Origin: Bacillota bacterium
GTDB taxonomy: Bacteria; Bacillota; Sulfobacillia; Sulfobacillales; JAIMBI01
DNA: 64,000 nt
Assembly: GCA_021820465.1 (NCBI GenBank)
Contig: JAKADP010000003.1
Span: 2,183-66,182 of the forward strand
Direction: 5' to 3'
The notes beneath the pieces are model-generated. The model was not told the origin of the DNA. It worked only from the letters and a program-made list of their open reading frames with translations, and made no database searches. The position numbers were made by a program, and so were the translations under genes. The first letter of the stretch is position 1, and the number at the start of each line of letters is the position of its first letter. This document shows, piece by piece, positions 9,368 through 19,504 of the stretch.

Positions 9368-10432
9368 CTACCGCCGGTCCATCGGGATGGCGCGGTGGTA
9401 TTGGGCCGGGAGCAGCGTATGTTCGCCCAGGGCCAAGGCGGCCGAATTGGCCCAGTACGGGTCCCGGAGCATGCCGCGCCCGACCGCCACGAGGTCGACC
9501 CGGCCCTCCGCGACGACCGACTCGGCCAGTGCGTAGTCGTCCAGGCACCCCACCGCCATCACGGGACTGCCCGTACCCCGGCGCACTGCCTCGGCGTATG
9601 GCACCTGATAGCCAGGAAACTCCGTGACGGCGACAGGCAAGTTGCCCCCGCTCGACACATCGAACAGGTCCACCCCGGCGGCCTGAAACACCCGCGCCAT
9701 CGCCACCAGTTCCTCCACGCCATAGCCCAGCGGCGAGTGCTCGGTGCCAGACACCCGCATAAACAGCGGCATGCCGGCCGGCATGGCCGACCGCATCGCA
9801 TATATCACTTCACGCCCAAATTGGGTGGGTTCGCCGTAGGCGTCGTCGCGCTGGTTTGATGCCCGTGACATGAACTGGTGCACCAGGTAGCCGTGCGCGC
9901 CGTGCAGTTCGATCACATCGACCCCCGCGGCCACGGCCCGGGCGGCCCCGGCACCAAAGCGCTCCACCATCTGGCGCACCTCGTCCGTCGTCATCGCGTG
10001 CGGCACCCGAAACCGGTCAGAAAACCGAATGGCCGACGGCCCCACGGGGGATAAACTTTCAGACTGCGCCTTGCGCCCCGCGTGCGCAATTTGCACGCCA
10101 AATGCCGCACCATACGCGTGCACCTGCTCCCCGATTGCGGCCAGGGCCTCCTGGTGCCCGTCATCCCAAATGCCCGAGTCGCGCACAGTGATGCGGCCAT
10201 CCGGGTCCACGTCGGTCATTTCCACCATCACGAGGCCCGCACCGCCCACGGCGCGGCTCACCAGATGCGTCACATGAAAGTCGTTCAGCCGCCCGTCTTC
10301 GGCCCACACCGAGTACATGCACATCGGCGACATCACGACGCGGTTGCGCAGGGACAGGTTCTTCAGCTGAAAGGGCTCAAACAGCTTCGCCACACTCGCA
10401 CCCCCCGCGTCATGATAGCCCACCGGTCCCAT
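9368..10432 (-). CDS. namA: NADPH dehydrogenase / Old Yellow Enzyme (YqjM/NamA type)
   Basis: Track ORF 9368..10909 trimmed. KLFEPFQLKNLSLRNRVVMSPMCMYS and IAHAGRKA are OYE motifs. ATG 10432 overlaps the upstream stop (TGATG). GTG 10393 is an alternative start. Confidence 0.85.
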   Translation of the reverse strand: MGPVGYHDAGGASVAKLFEPFQLKNLSLRNRVVMSPMCMYSVWAEDGRLNDFHVTHLVSRAVGGAGLVMVEMTDVDPDGRITVRDSGIWDDGHQEALAAIGEQVHAYGAAFGVQIAHAGRKAQSESLSPVGPSAIRFSDRFRVPHAMTTDEVRQMVERFGAGAARAVAAGVDVIELHGAHGYLVHQFMSRASNQRDDAYGEPTQFGREVIYAMRSAMPAGMPLFMRVSGTEHSPLGYGVEELVAMARVFQAAGVDLFDVSSGGNLPVAVTEFPGYQVPYAEAVRRGTGSPVMAVGCLDDYALAESVVAEGRVDLVAVGRGMLRDPYWANSAALALGEHTLLPAQYHRAIPMDRR

Positions 10433-10971
10433 CACCCCATGAGGCGGTGGGCCAGCATGCCCAGCCCCAGCACCGCTTCCAGGCCGGCCACGGCCACCGT
10501 GGCGGCCAGCACCAGCGTGGCCGCTGTGCGCGCGCGCCCAAACGCGTGCTGGCGGCCCACCTCCACACTGAGGCGCGCCCCCGCCAGCAGCAGAAGGGCC
10601 GCGGTCAGGGGCCACAGGGTGAGCCGCGCGGCGGCCAGCGCCAGGACGGCCGGGCACGAGGCCACCGCCACACTGGCCGCCAGCGCCCGCACCGAGGCGC
10701 GGCCCCCCAGCTCGCGCCCCACCCACGCCAAGAGTGCCGCCAGCCCATAGCCCCCCGCCCACGTCATGAGCGCCGCCGCCCCGCCCACTGCGGGGGACCA
10801 CCGCGCGGCCACAGCGCCGGCCGCTGCCGCCGACAGCACGAGGCACCACCCCGGGGCGTCGCTCCGGGCGGCTTGGAATCCGATGCCCGGCGACTGGGCC
10901 CACTGCCACCAGGCCGCGGCCGCGCGCGGCCCCGCCCCCCCTGAGCTATCACGCGTCCCCACGCTCGGCAT
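10432..10971 (-). CDS. hypothetical membrane protein
   Basis: 179-aa Ala/Leu-rich ORF with several hydrophobic stretches. Its stop overlaps the OYE start. No family recognised. Confidence 0.35.
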   Translation of the reverse strand: MPSVGTRDSSGGAGPRAAAAWWQWAQSPGIGFQAARSDAPGWCLVLSAAAAGAVAARWSPAVGGAAALMTWAGGYGLAALLAWVGRELGGRASVRALAASVAVASCPAVLALAAARLTLWPLTAALLLLAGARLSVEVGRQHAFGRARTAATLVLAATVAVAGLEAVLGLGMLAHRLMG

Positions 10972-11130
10972 GCGGCCACTCCTCTCCTCGCCGACGGGCC
11001 AAGCCCTTCGGCCGTCGCGCTAGGGTCTGCGGCCGGCGGCCGGTCATGCATGCGGGATGGGCCGCCTCAAAAAATCTGGTACGGTAGGGAAAAGGGAGGC
11101 GCCTCCCCCCTACGATTGGAGATGAGCAGC

Positions 11131-12015
11131 ATGGCCACCCACCAGTCCGCGCCCCAAGCCCCCGACGATCCCGTTCTCGCCCCCCAGGACCTCCTGCCCC
11201 TGCTGAACGATCCGGGCGTGCGGCTGGTGGACTGCCGATTTTCTCTCGCGGCGCCCGACGCCGGCCCGAGCGCCTATCGCGCCAGCCACCTCCCCGGCGC
11301 TGTGTACCTGCACCTGGAGAAGGATCTCTCGGGCCCCGTGGGCCCGCACGGCGGTCGGCACCCCCTGCCCGATCCCGCCCGCCTGGCCGCCCGGCTCAGT
11401 GAGCTGGGCGTGGGCCGGGAGCACCGGGTGGTGGTATACGACGACGCGGGGGACATGGCAGCGCGCGCATGGTGGCTCCTCACCTACCTCGACTATCCCG
11501 CCGTCCAGGTGCTGGATGGCGGCGTCGCCGCCTGGCAGGAGATTGGCGGCTCCATGACGGCGGAGCCGCCCTCCCATCCCCCCGTCGCCGTCCCGGTGCG
11601 CGTGCGGCCGGAGCTCGTGGTGGCCGACCGGGCGGCCGTGGAGGATGCCGCCCGCACCGGTCGGCTGGTGGACAGCCGAGCGGGGGAGCGCTACCGAGGC
11701 GACATTGAGCCGCTGGACCGACGCGCCGGGCACATCCCCGGCGCCCGCAACTTCCCGTGGCAGGGGCTCAAGGCGGCGGATGGCCGGTATCGCGATCGGG
11801 AGGCCATGCGCCGGCGATTCGAAGCGCTCCCAAACGCCCCGGCCGTGGTGTACTGCGGGTCGGGCGTCACGGCCTGCCCGAATGTGCTGGCACTGACCCG
11901 CATAGGGCGGCCGGCGCAGCTGTACGCGGGCAGTTGGAGCGACTGGATTTCGTATCCGGATCGTCCGGTGGCCGTGGGTCCTGAATACCCCGACCCTGAT
12001 GAGGCGGGCTCCTGA
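11131..12015 (+). CDS. two-domain rhodanese (thiosulfate/3-mercaptopyruvate sulfurtransferase)
   Basis: Tandem rhodanese domains with active-site loop VVYCGSGVTAC, plus HLPGAVYL and GHIPGARNFP. I preferred ATG 11131 because GGAG lies 9 nt upstream. Confidence 0.85.
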   Translation: MATHQSAPQAPDDPVLAPQDLLPLLNDPGVRLVDCRFSLAAPDAGPSAYRASHLPGAVYLHLEKDLSGPVGPHGGRHPLPDPARLAARLSELGVGREHRVVVYDDAGDMAARAWWLLTYLDYPAVQVLDGGVAAWQEIGGSMTAEPPSHPPVAVPVRVRPELVVADRAAVEDAARTGRLVDSRAGERYRGDIEPLDRRAGHIPGARNFPWQGLKAADGRYRDREAMRRRFEALPNAPAVVYCGSGVTACPNVLALTRIGRPAQLYAGSWSDWISYPDRPVAVGPEYPDPDEAGS

Positions 12016-12039
12016 GGCGGCCGCTGCACGTCTGACCTC

Positions 12040-12741
12040 CTAACGGGACGCGTGAAGCCGCTCGTTGTGCCGGCTCAGCTGGCGGTAGTGCAGCCGGTCA
12101 TGCCACACCAGCCGCCTGAGCGCCTTGAAGGGAGTCCACCCTTGATCCGGCTCGGCACGGTTGGGGTCCGCATACTGGCTCACGAAAGGGTCGGCCGCGT
12201 CCACGGCTTGGGCTAACAGCGGCAGGATGGCATCGCGGAGCACCGAGAGCAGGTAGATGCGCGCCTCCACATTGTTTGGTGTGGCCGACCGCAGCGCATA
12301 CCAGACGTCGGTCAGGATGAGATGGTCCAATGTTTGCACCAGCGACCGGTTCGCCCCCTCGAGCCGGAGATTGAGCATGTCGGGGTGCAGGCGGGGCAGC
12401 ATCTCCAGCAAGTCGGCCCGGGCATATTGCGCGGCGCGCAGCGCCAGAGCCGCGGCGCCCGCTGGCGGCGCCTGGTCAAACCGAAACAGCGCCGTGCTTT
12501 CGGCTTGTCCCAGGTCGGACGCCACCCTCAGCACCTCCGGCCGCGCCACCGACACGGCCCCCGGACTGTCCAATTCTTCGCCGTGGGTCTGCAGCCACAC
12601 ACAAAATTCAAAAACCGCCAGCGGAATCTTATCCAGTGCCTCCTGGGTCGTGCGCCCGCGGGCATAGCACCCCGGCAGCTCGGCCACCCAGGCCATCGAC
12701 TGCCCTTTGTCGTCCACTTCCACCCCAACCTGGACGTCCAC
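12040..12741 (-). CDS. fusion protein: HicB-like (UPF0150) N-terminal domain + DinB-family C-terminal domain
   Basis: The N-terminal AWVAELPGCYARGRTTQEALDKIPLAV is HicB-like. The C-terminal helical part carries His residues (TLDHLILTDVWY, WHDRLHYRQL), which is DinB-like. GTG 12741 is preceded by GAGGAGGAAG. Confidence 0.6.
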   Translation of the reverse strand: MDVQVGVEVDDKGQSMAWVAELPGCYARGRTTQEALDKIPLAVFEFCVWLQTHGEELDSPGAVSVARPEVLRVASDLGQAESTALFRFDQAPPAGAAALALRAAQYARADLLEMLPRLHPDMLNLRLEGANRSLVQTLDHLILTDVWYALRSATPNNVEARIYLLSVLRDAILPLLAQAVDAADPFVSQYADPNRAEPDQGWTPFKALRRLVWHDRLHYRQLSRHNERLHASR

Positions 12742-12895
12742 CCGCTTCCTCCTCACCGGTACCAATCTCCCGCAGGCTGCGCCCGGTTAGTCGGGAAGTT
12801 CGCGCCGAGGAGCAAAACTCCTGCCCGGCCGGCCTTGACGTCCGCCCCGCGGGGCGCGATCGTGGACCGAGCGTCACGGGGCAGGAGGAATGACG

Positions 12896-13978
12896 ATGGC
12901 GGATGTGGTGGTCGTGGGAGCCGGGGTCATTGGCTTGGCCGCAGCGTGGCACCTCGCGGGCGACGGCATGGACGTGGCGGTCTTGGATGCGGGCCCTCTG
13001 GGGGGCCAGTCATCCCGGGCCGCCGCGGGCATCCTGGGGCCCCTCGTCGAGTCGCGCGACGACGGACCGCGGACGCGCTTGTTCTGGGACAGCTGGGTCG
13101 AGTTTCCCGCTTGGGTCGAGGCCCTGCGCGAAGACAGCGCCATTGACCCGGAATTTGAGCCCACCGGCATCCTGCGGCAGGTCGGCGCCGCGGAGCGCGA
13201 GGAGATGGAGGCCTCCCTTGCGTGGCGCCGCCAGTATTCACCCGAGTTGGAGTGGCTCGAGGACCAGGACCCCAATTGGCCCGCCGCCATCTGGTCCCCG
13301 CATGAGGGGCAAATCCGCGGCCCGGCCTATGTGGCGGCGCTGGCCCAGGCCGCGGCCGCGCGCGGCGTCGACATTCGACTGGGGGAGCCGGCGCGGCGCA
13401 TCGGCGTCCAGGCCGGCCAGGTGGTGGCCGTGGACACCCCGCGGCAGTCCCTGGCCACCAGCACCGTCGTACTGGCCGCCGGAGCCTGGGCCGGTGGACT
13501 GCTGCCGCACGCGGAGCCGCTGCCCGTGCTGCCCGTGCGCGGGCAGGCTTTGGCCCTGAAGGCTGCCCGGCCGCCGTTCCCGCATGTGGTGTTTGGCCCC
13601 ACCGGCTACCTGGCCCCCAAGCGAGACGGCCAGGTGGTGGTGGGGGCGACCGAAGACGCGGCGGCGGGGTTCGACGCGCGGGTGACGTTTGCCGGGATTG
13701 CGGCGCTGGCCGATGTCGTCCGATCCATGTCGCCCGAACTGCTGCCGCTGCCGTTTGACGGGGCGTGGGCCGGACTGCGGCCGGCCACCCCCGATGGCCG
13801 GCCGCTGCTGGGGCGGTGGCCCGGCATCGATGGCCTCATCATCGCCGCCGGGCACTACCGCAACGGACTCTTGCTCTCCCCCATCACGGCGCAGATCGTC
13901 CTGGCGCTGGTGCGGGGCCAGACGCCATCGGTGGATCTCACGCCGTTTCGCCCAGACCGGTTCCACCGCACGCGCTGA
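12896..13978 (+). CDS. thiO: glycine oxidase
   Basis: MADVVVVGAGVIGLAAAWHLA (FAD GxGxxG) and a DAO-family body. The thiamine gene context supports the call. Confidence 0.85.
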   Translation: MADVVVVGAGVIGLAAAWHLAGDGMDVAVLDAGPLGGQSSRAAAGILGPLVESRDDGPRTRLFWDSWVEFPAWVEALREDSAIDPEFEPTGILRQVGAAEREEMEASLAWRRQYSPELEWLEDQDPNWPAAIWSPHEGQIRGPAYVAALAQAAAARGVDIRLGEPARRIGVQAGQVVAVDTPRQSLATSTVVLAAGAWAGGLLPHAEPLPVLPVRGQALALKAARPPFPHVVFGPTGYLAPKRDGQVVVGATEDAAAGFDARVTFAGIAALADVVRSMSPELLPLPFDGAWAGLRPATPDGRPLLGRWPGIDGLIIAAGHYRNGLLLSPITAQIVLALVRGQTPSVDLTPFRPDRFHRTR

Positions 13979-13997
13979 CGCAGCCGCTCGCGTCTGG

Positions 13998-15575
13998 CTA
14001 TGCAGCGCGTGCGCGCCTCCTGCCGGGCGCGCGCGCGCAGGCGCCCGCGATCACGCTCGCCAGCAGGCCCAGCACCGCCAGCGCGGCCGCGCCCGCGGCG
14101 ATGCGGCTCAGCATCAGGGCGCCGGGTGGACCGAACGGCACGATCCGACCGGTGAGATAAGCCCCAAGTCCCGCATGGTAGAAGCGCTGCAGGGTGGCAT
14201 TGGCCACCATCGCCGACAGGAGGGCGGCGCCAGCCAGCAGGGCGGGCACCGCCGCCCACGCCATGCGCCGAATCGCCTGGGCAGCCAGCCAGAAAAACGG
14301 CCCCAGCAGGAAGAAGAAGTAGCGCCCCTGCAGGAAGCTGAGGCCGGTGGCCGCCCCATAGGAAATTTGCAGCATCCCCAGCACGCCCCCTCCCGCGGCC
14401 AGCCAGGCAACGGCAACCCAGTAGCCGGGGCGCCTGACCGCCACCGCCAGACCCCCAAGCAGCAGCGCGCCCAGCACCGCCGCCAGCACGGTGAACACCC
14501 CAAGGTCGATGGGCCAGGGGCTCCACCACACGATGCCAAACACCGTCTCCCCGACAAGCAGGTTTCTCAGATAAGCCCCATTGAAGAACTGGTGGTGCAG
14601 CACCCAAGCAGCCGTTCGCGGTGCTGCGCCCGCCCCCTGATAGGTAAGGGGAGGCACGATGGCGTGATAGGCGTGCCACGTGAACCACAGCCAGGGTCCG
14701 GCCACCAGCGCGGCCACGCCCACGGCCAGAGCCGCCCAGCGCGCGGCGCGCCGGGGCCCCACCCGCCGCCACACCGCGTACAGCACAAAGGGCACGGACA
14801 CCGCCAGCCCTACATACGCCTCTTCCTTGGTCCAGATGGCCAGACCGGCTGCCGCGCCAAGGAGCGCCGCGCCCCGCGCCCGAAAGCTGGGCGTGGTCAG
14901 GGCCCTGACCGTGAGATAAAACACCGCGAGGCTGGCCGCGTCCGCGGTCAGGTCGTTGGTGACCGTCCCTCCCAGCATGCCCAGCGTCGGGAACAACAGC
15001 CCGAACGCGGCCGTGAGCGCCATGCGCAGGCGCCGCCCCACAATCGCCAAGCCGACCACCAAGTCCATAAAGATGCCGGTCAGCCCCAGCAGGCCCGCCG
15101 ACAGCCCGCGCGCCAGAAAGGCCTGATCAAACACGTTCAAAAGATGGAGCGCCATCGCCGCCCGGCCGGCCACCGCGTAGTACAGCGGGGGGTAGATCCC
15201 CACGTAGTTCTGACTGCCCGACCGATCCCCGCCGGCCGCGGCGCTGGCGCGCTCAACCTCGCGGGCCACCCGGGCGGCCCCGCTCGGCGTGGTGGCCAGC
15301 CAGCCCTGCGGGCCTACCAGCAGCCGATTGCGCTGCGTGGCCTCGAGGGCAACCGCCTCCGCCGGGGACGCGCTGAACTGCCACGGCTGCCGGCCCGGCG
15401 CCACCACATGCTCCACCGGCGGCAAAACGTGCGTGGCCATATACTGCACGTAGGCAAAGTGGGCCGGCTCGTCGGCCCCCTGCCAGAGCGGCATGATTCC
15501 CATCCATGACAGCCCGATGGCCAAGAAGACGCTGAACACCACCAAAAGCTCGGCCCCGCGGATTTTCTGGCTCAT
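13998..15575 (-). CDS. large polytopic membrane protein (DUF2142 / GT-C-like)
   Basis: About 525 aa with many TM segments. The N-terminal WQGADEPAHFAYVQYM resembles DUF2142. ATG 15575 has GGAGG 8 nt upstream. Confidence 0.6.
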   Translation of the reverse strand: MSQKIRGAELLVVFSVFLAIGLSWMGIMPLWQGADEPAHFAYVQYMATHVLPPVEHVVAPGRQPWQFSASPAEAVALEATQRNRLLVGPQGWLATTPSGAARVAREVERASAAAGGDRSGSQNYVGIYPPLYYAVAGRAAMALHLLNVFDQAFLARGLSAGLLGLTGIFMDLVVGLAIVGRRLRMALTAAFGLLFPTLGMLGGTVTNDLTADAASLAVFYLTVRALTTPSFRARGAALLGAAAGLAIWTKEEAYVGLAVSVPFVLYAVWRRVGPRRAARWAALAVGVAALVAGPWLWFTWHAYHAIVPPLTYQGAGAAPRTAAWVLHHQFFNGAYLRNLLVGETVFGIVWWSPWPIDLGVFTVLAAVLGALLLGGLAVAVRRPGYWVAVAWLAAGGGVLGMLQISYGAATGLSFLQGRYFFFLLGPFFWLAAQAIRRMAWAAVPALLAGAALLSAMVANATLQRFYHAGLGAYLTGRIVPFGPPGALMLSRIAAGAAALAVLGLLASVIAGACARAPGRRRARAA

Positions 15576-15614
15576 CAGTGCCGCCTCCAACCTCGCTGGG
15601 GGGTGCGGCAGGCG

Positions 15615-16382
15615 TCATATCGCCTCGGCCCCGCCGCACACCGGGCACGTGGCGCGGACGGGCACCGGAACGACCCGCGCCGCCCCGGTAAACAGGTCCA
15701 CCAGCCACAGGCGGCCCGTGAGCGCCTGACCCACTCCCAGAATCCACTTCAGGGCCTCCCCCGCTTGTAGGGATCCTACCACCCCGACCAGCGGGCCCAG
15801 CACGCCGGCCACGCTGCACTCGGCGGGGGCGTCCGCCACCGAGCCAAACAGGCACGCCAGACAGGGCCGCCCGCCCGGAGGCACGACGGTCACCTGGCCC
15901 TCATATCCGAGCGCGCCGCCAAACACGACCGGTGCGCCCCCCCGGACGGCCCAGGCATTCAGCACATCGCGCATCCGCCCGTCGTCCAGCCCGTCCACCA
16001 CCACGGTCGCGCCGCCCAGCAGCGTGTCCGCGCTGTCCACCCCCAGTGCCACCGCGTGCCGCACGATGGACAGCCCTGGGCTCTGCGCGCGGAGGCGGGC
16101 GGCCGCCGCGTCCACCTTGAGCGCGCCCACGTCGGCCGCCCCATAGAGGATCTGGCGTCCCAAGTCCGTCGGCGCCACGCGGCCCGGGTCAATCAGGACG
16201 AGCCGCCCCACCCCCGCCGCCGCCAGATAGGGAGCGCTGGCACAGCCAAGTCCCCCCATCCCCACCATGGCCACGGTAGCGCCGGCCAGTTTGTCCAGCA
16301 TGGCGGGCCGCACGTCGGGCAGCGCCACGAGGCGCCGGACCCGGTCCACGTCGCGCACCACCGGGAAGCCCGAGTCGCTCAC
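15615..16382 (-). CDS. thiF: ThiF/MoeB-type sulfur-carrier adenylyltransferase
   Basis: VAMVGMGGLGCASAPYLAAAGVGRLVLID (E1-like Rossmann) and C-terminal CxxC pairs. The GTG start overlaps the thiG stop (GTGA). Confidence 0.8.
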   Translation of the reverse strand: MSDSGFPVVRDVDRVRRLVALPDVRPAMLDKLAGATVAMVGMGGLGCASAPYLAAAGVGRLVLIDPGRVAPTDLGRQILYGAADVGALKVDAAAARLRAQSPGLSIVRHAVALGVDSADTLLGGATVVVDGLDDGRMRDVLNAWAVRGGAPVVFGGALGYEGQVTVVPPGGRPCLACLFGSVADAPAECSVAGVLGPLVGVVGSLQAGEALKWILGVGQALTGRLWLVDLFTGAARVVPVPVRATCPVCGGAEAI

Positions 16383-17203
16383 GGCTTTGTGGCCGCCGAC
16401 ACGATGCCCGCCTCGGGCGAGGACGCTGCGGCACGGTCCCGGCGGGGCATGCGCCCGGCGGCGCGCCCCAAAAACGCCGCCTCCACGGCCAGACGCATGG
16501 CTTGGGCCATCTGCACCGGATGCCGGGCTTGGGCAATCGCGGTGTTGATGAGCACGGCGTCGGCGCCCGCCTCAATCGCCAGCGCGGCGTCGGCTGGACT
16601 GCCGATGCCCGCGTCCACCACGACGGGCACGCCGCCGACTCGCGCCTTGATGAGCGCCACCGCCGACACGTCCAGGACACCCTGCCCCGACCCGATGGGC
16701 GATCCCAGCGGCATCACGGCCGCGGCACCCGCCTCGGCGAGCCGGCGAGCCAGCACGGGGTCCGGCGTGGTGTACACCATGACCGTGAAGCCGTCGTCCA
16801 CCAGCAGGCGCGTGGCGTCATAGGTGGCCACCGGGTCAGGCCACAAAAGGTCCGCATCGCCAATCACCTCGAGCTTGACCAGGCTGCCAAGCCCGGCGGC
16901 CCGCGCCAGCCGCGCCGTCACAACCGCCTCCTCGGCCGTATGGGCCCCCGCGGTGTTGGGCAGCAGCGTCACCCCCTTCGGCACGTATTCCAAGAGCGAC
17001 GGCTCGTCCGGCTTGTCGATGTTGACCCGCCGGACGGCCACGGTCACCAACTCCGTCCCCGAGGCGTGAATGGCCTCCCGCATCTCCTCCCACGTGGCAT
17101 ATTTCCCTGTGCCCACAATGAGGCGCGAGCGGAACTGGTACTCCCCGACGCTCCACGACCCCAACTCCTTGGGCCGCATCCCGGCCGTCTCCTGCTCCGT
17201 CAT
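16379..17203 (-). CDS. thiG: thiazole synthase
   Basis: FRSRLIVGTGKY, LLPNTAG and MPLGSPIGSGQG are ThiG motifs. ATG 17203 is preceded by AAGGAGGAGG. Confidence 0.9.
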   Translation of the reverse strand: MTEQETAGMRPKELGSWSVGEYQFRSRLIVGTGKYATWEEMREAIHASGTELVTVAVRRVNIDKPDEPSLLEYVPKGVTLLPNTAGAHTAEEAVVTARLARAAGLGSLVKLEVIGDADLLWPDPVATYDATRLLVDDGFTVMVYTTPDPVLARRLAEAGAAAVMPLGSPIGSGQGVLDVSAVALIKARVGGVPVVVDAGIGSPADAALAIEAGADAVLINTAIAQARHPVQMAQAMRLAVEAAFLGRAAGRMPRRDRAAASSPEAGIVSAATKP

Positions 17204-17228
17204 GTCGTCCTCCTCCTTTCGCGGCGCG

Positions 17229-17429
17229 CTACCCACCACCAACAAACCGGACGATTTCCAACTCGTCGCGGTCGTGCAGCGGCTCGCGGTCAAACGCCTC
17301 GCGCGCCACCACCTGCCCGTTTTGCAGCACCCCCACCGCCTGATGCGTGACCCCCAGGTGGGTCAACAGTGCGCCCACCGTGGGCAACTCTGGGGTCTCG
17401 CGCCAGCTGCCGTTTACCTTTAACTCCAC
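17229..17429 (-). CDS. thiS: sulfur carrier protein ThiS
   Basis: 66 aa ending in VGGG. GTG 17429 is preceded by GGGAGG. Lies between thiE and thiG. Confidence 0.8.
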   Translation of the reverse strand: MELKVNGSWRETPELPTVGALLTHLGVTHQAVGVLQNGQVVAREAFDREPLHDRDELEIVRFVGGG

Positions 17430-17442
17430 GGTCTCGCCTCCC

Positions 17443-18042
17443 TCATGTCGCCCCTCCATGGCGCGCCCAAGGCGCCGCCAGCTCTCGGGCCGCCCGCGCC
17501 GGGTCCGGGGCGAGCCACAGCGCGTCCACGACGGCCACCCCGGCCAGCCCCGCCTCGCACACAGCGGCCGCGCGGCGGGCATCCACTCCCCCGATCCCGA
17601 CCACCGGCACGGCCGCTTCGCGCGCCACTTGGGCCGCGAGGTTTAGGCCGCGGGGTTCGAGCCCTGGCTTCGACCGGGTGGGAAACAGGTGGCCAAACAC
17701 CAGCCAATCGGCCCCCTGGGACCGCTGCAGGTCCTCCACGCTGTGCACGGCCCGCGAAATCACAGCGGTTGGCATCAGACGGCGCACGTCTGCCGGCGAC
17801 AGTCCATCGCCGGGCAGGTGCACGCCCGCCACGCCCAGGACCATCGCCACATCGGCGCGGTCGGCCACCAGCACCGGCCGACCCCCGACGGCCGCCGCCA
17901 ACTCCACCGTCCACCGCCGCTGAGCCTCTGCCGGCAGGCTCTTGGCCCGAAGGATGAACACATCGACCCAAGGGGCGCACCGCGCCGCGCTCGTGGGCCA
18001 GTTGGCCGGCGCCCGGGGAACATCCAACACCGCCACCAGCAT
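17443..18042 (-). CDS. thiE: thiamine-phosphate synthase
   Basis: Track ORF 17443..18852 trimmed to ATG 18042, which overlaps the cytX stop (TAATG). A ThiE-like TIM barrel of 199 aa: VFILRAK, GVHLPGD, FPTRSKPG, VVGIGGV. Confidence 0.8.
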   Translation of the reverse strand: MLVAVLDVPRAPANWPTSAARCAPWVDVFILRAKSLPAEAQRRWTVELAAAVGGRPVLVADRADVAMVLGVAGVHLPGDGLSPADVRRLMPTAVISRAVHSVEDLQRSQGADWLVFGHLFPTRSKPGLEPRGLNLAAQVAREAAVPVVGIGGVDARRAAAVCEAGLAGVAVVDALWLAPDPARAARELAAPWARHGGAT

Positions 18043-19466
18043 TAGGTAGACTGCTCCGATGCCATGCTCATCTCCGGCTGCTGGCCCCGTGGCCAGCTGC
18101 TGTAAATCAGGACGCTGGCCGCGAACGCCACCAGAAAGCCAAGGTCCGATCCCTGAAACACTCCGGTGGCCAGCGGGCCCTGATACACGGTGGTGGAGCT
18201 GAAGAGCGCCGCCACAACCAAGCCCGCCCCCCAGGCCACCAGCGCGGGGATCCGATACGCGCCATAGAGAGAGTCCCGCCCGCGATAAAGTTCCGGGACA
18301 TTGACGCCGTGCTTGAGACGCGTCGCCAAGTCCACCAAAAACACACCGGCCCAAGGCGCCAGCACCCCGGCCAACAGGCTCAGGAACGCCTCGAAGGTGC
18401 CCATGAACGACTGGGAGGCCGCCAAGAGGACGTACAGGCTGCCGGCCACCGAAAGCACCGCGTCGACAAACACGGTCCGGTATCGGGGTATGCGAACCTC
18501 CGCGGCCAGCAAGCTCAATCCCGAGGAATAGATGTCCAGAATGTCTCCGGTCACCATGCTGGCGACGGCCGTCAGGAGGTAGGGCACGGCCAGCCCACTG
18601 GGCAGCATCGCCTGCAGATAGCCGATCGGATTGGCCGTGGTGGCCAGGCCCGCGTGGCCGCCGTACAGCAGCAGGCCGAGCAGCATGAGCGCCGCGGCCG
18701 GGATGACCGACCCCCAGGTGGTGGCGCCCCAAATGCGGCGGCTCGAGGTGGTGCGGGGCAGGTAGCGCGTGTAGTCGCTCGCCGTGTTGACCCACGAAAG
18801 CCCCGTTGCCGCCACCACGACGGAGAAAGCCGGCAGCACCCCTGTAAGCCACGGGCCGTTGGGAATCCGCCCCAGAGCGCTCCAGTTGACATGCGGCAGC
18901 AGCAGCGCGGCCACAACCACGGTCATGGCACCAAACACATAGCTAAAGGCCGTCTGCACGCGCACCAGCGTCGCATGGCCCAACAGCGCCACGGAAAAGG
19001 CCACACCCATCACCAGCGCCAGCGAGCCAACGGCCACCGGCCACGTCGGCGCCCACCCGAACGCCGCATGACCCGCCGCCTCCAGCGCCAGCGTGGCCAC
19101 CACCAGCACAACCGTCTCCCAGCCCACCAGGTTCACCCACGACACCAGGCTGGGAAGCACGTTGCCGCGGGTCCCGAACGACGCGCGGCTCAAGACCATG
19201 GTGGGCACTCCCGTCCGCGTCCCCGGAATGGCGAAGTATCCAATCAGCGCAAACGATCCCACGCCGGTCAGCACCAGGAGCCCCTGCGCCAGCGATAGGC
19301 CGTAGGACATGGCCACGGCCCCCAGCACCAAGCCTACAATCGCCAGATTGGCCGCAAACCACACCCAAAACAAGTTGCCGGGACGCGCGTGCCGCTCTTC
19401 GTCCGGAACGGGATTGGCCCCGTTCTGTTCGATGCGCCACGCTTGATCTCCCGATGCTGCTGCCAC
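18042..19466 (-). CDS. cytX: purine-cytosine permease family transporter, putative hydroxymethylpyrimidine transporter
   Basis: 474-aa polytopic NCS1-like protein. It is the first gene after a TPP riboswitch. The GTG start is preceded by AAGGAGG. Confidence 0.75.
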   Translation of the reverse strand: MAAASGDQAWRIEQNGANPVPDEERHARPGNLFWVWFAANLAIVGLVLGAVAMSYGLSLAQGLLVLTGVGSFALIGYFAIPGTRTGVPTMVLSRASFGTRGNVLPSLVSWVNLVGWETVVLVVATLALEAAGHAAFGWAPTWPVAVGSLALVMGVAFSVALLGHATLVRVQTAFSYVFGAMTVVVAALLLPHVNWSALGRIPNGPWLTGVLPAFSVVVAATGLSWVNTASDYTRYLPRTTSSRRIWGATTWGSVIPAAALMLLGLLLYGGHAGLATTANPIGYLQAMLPSGLAVPYLLTAVASMVTGDILDIYSSGLSLLAAEVRIPRYRTVFVDAVLSVAGSLYVLLAASQSFMGTFEAFLSLLAGVLAPWAGVFLVDLATRLKHGVNVPELYRGRDSLYGAYRIPALVAWGAGLVVAALFSSTTVYQGPLATGVFQGSDLGFLVAFAASVLIYSSWPRGQQPEMSMASEQST

Positions 19467-19504
19467 GAAACCGCCTCCTTACGCGGTGTGGCCAGGTAAG
19501 TCGC

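Noticed and set aside
12766-12895. Possible second TPP riboswitch in the thiO leader
   Set aside because: Reading both strands, I found no CUGAGA or ACCUGAUCUGGAUAAUGCCAGCG-like blocks.
13689-15509. 606-aa plus-strand ORF
   Set aside because: It is antisense to the polytopic membrane protein 13998-15575. The sequence is R/P/G/Q-rich with no motifs.
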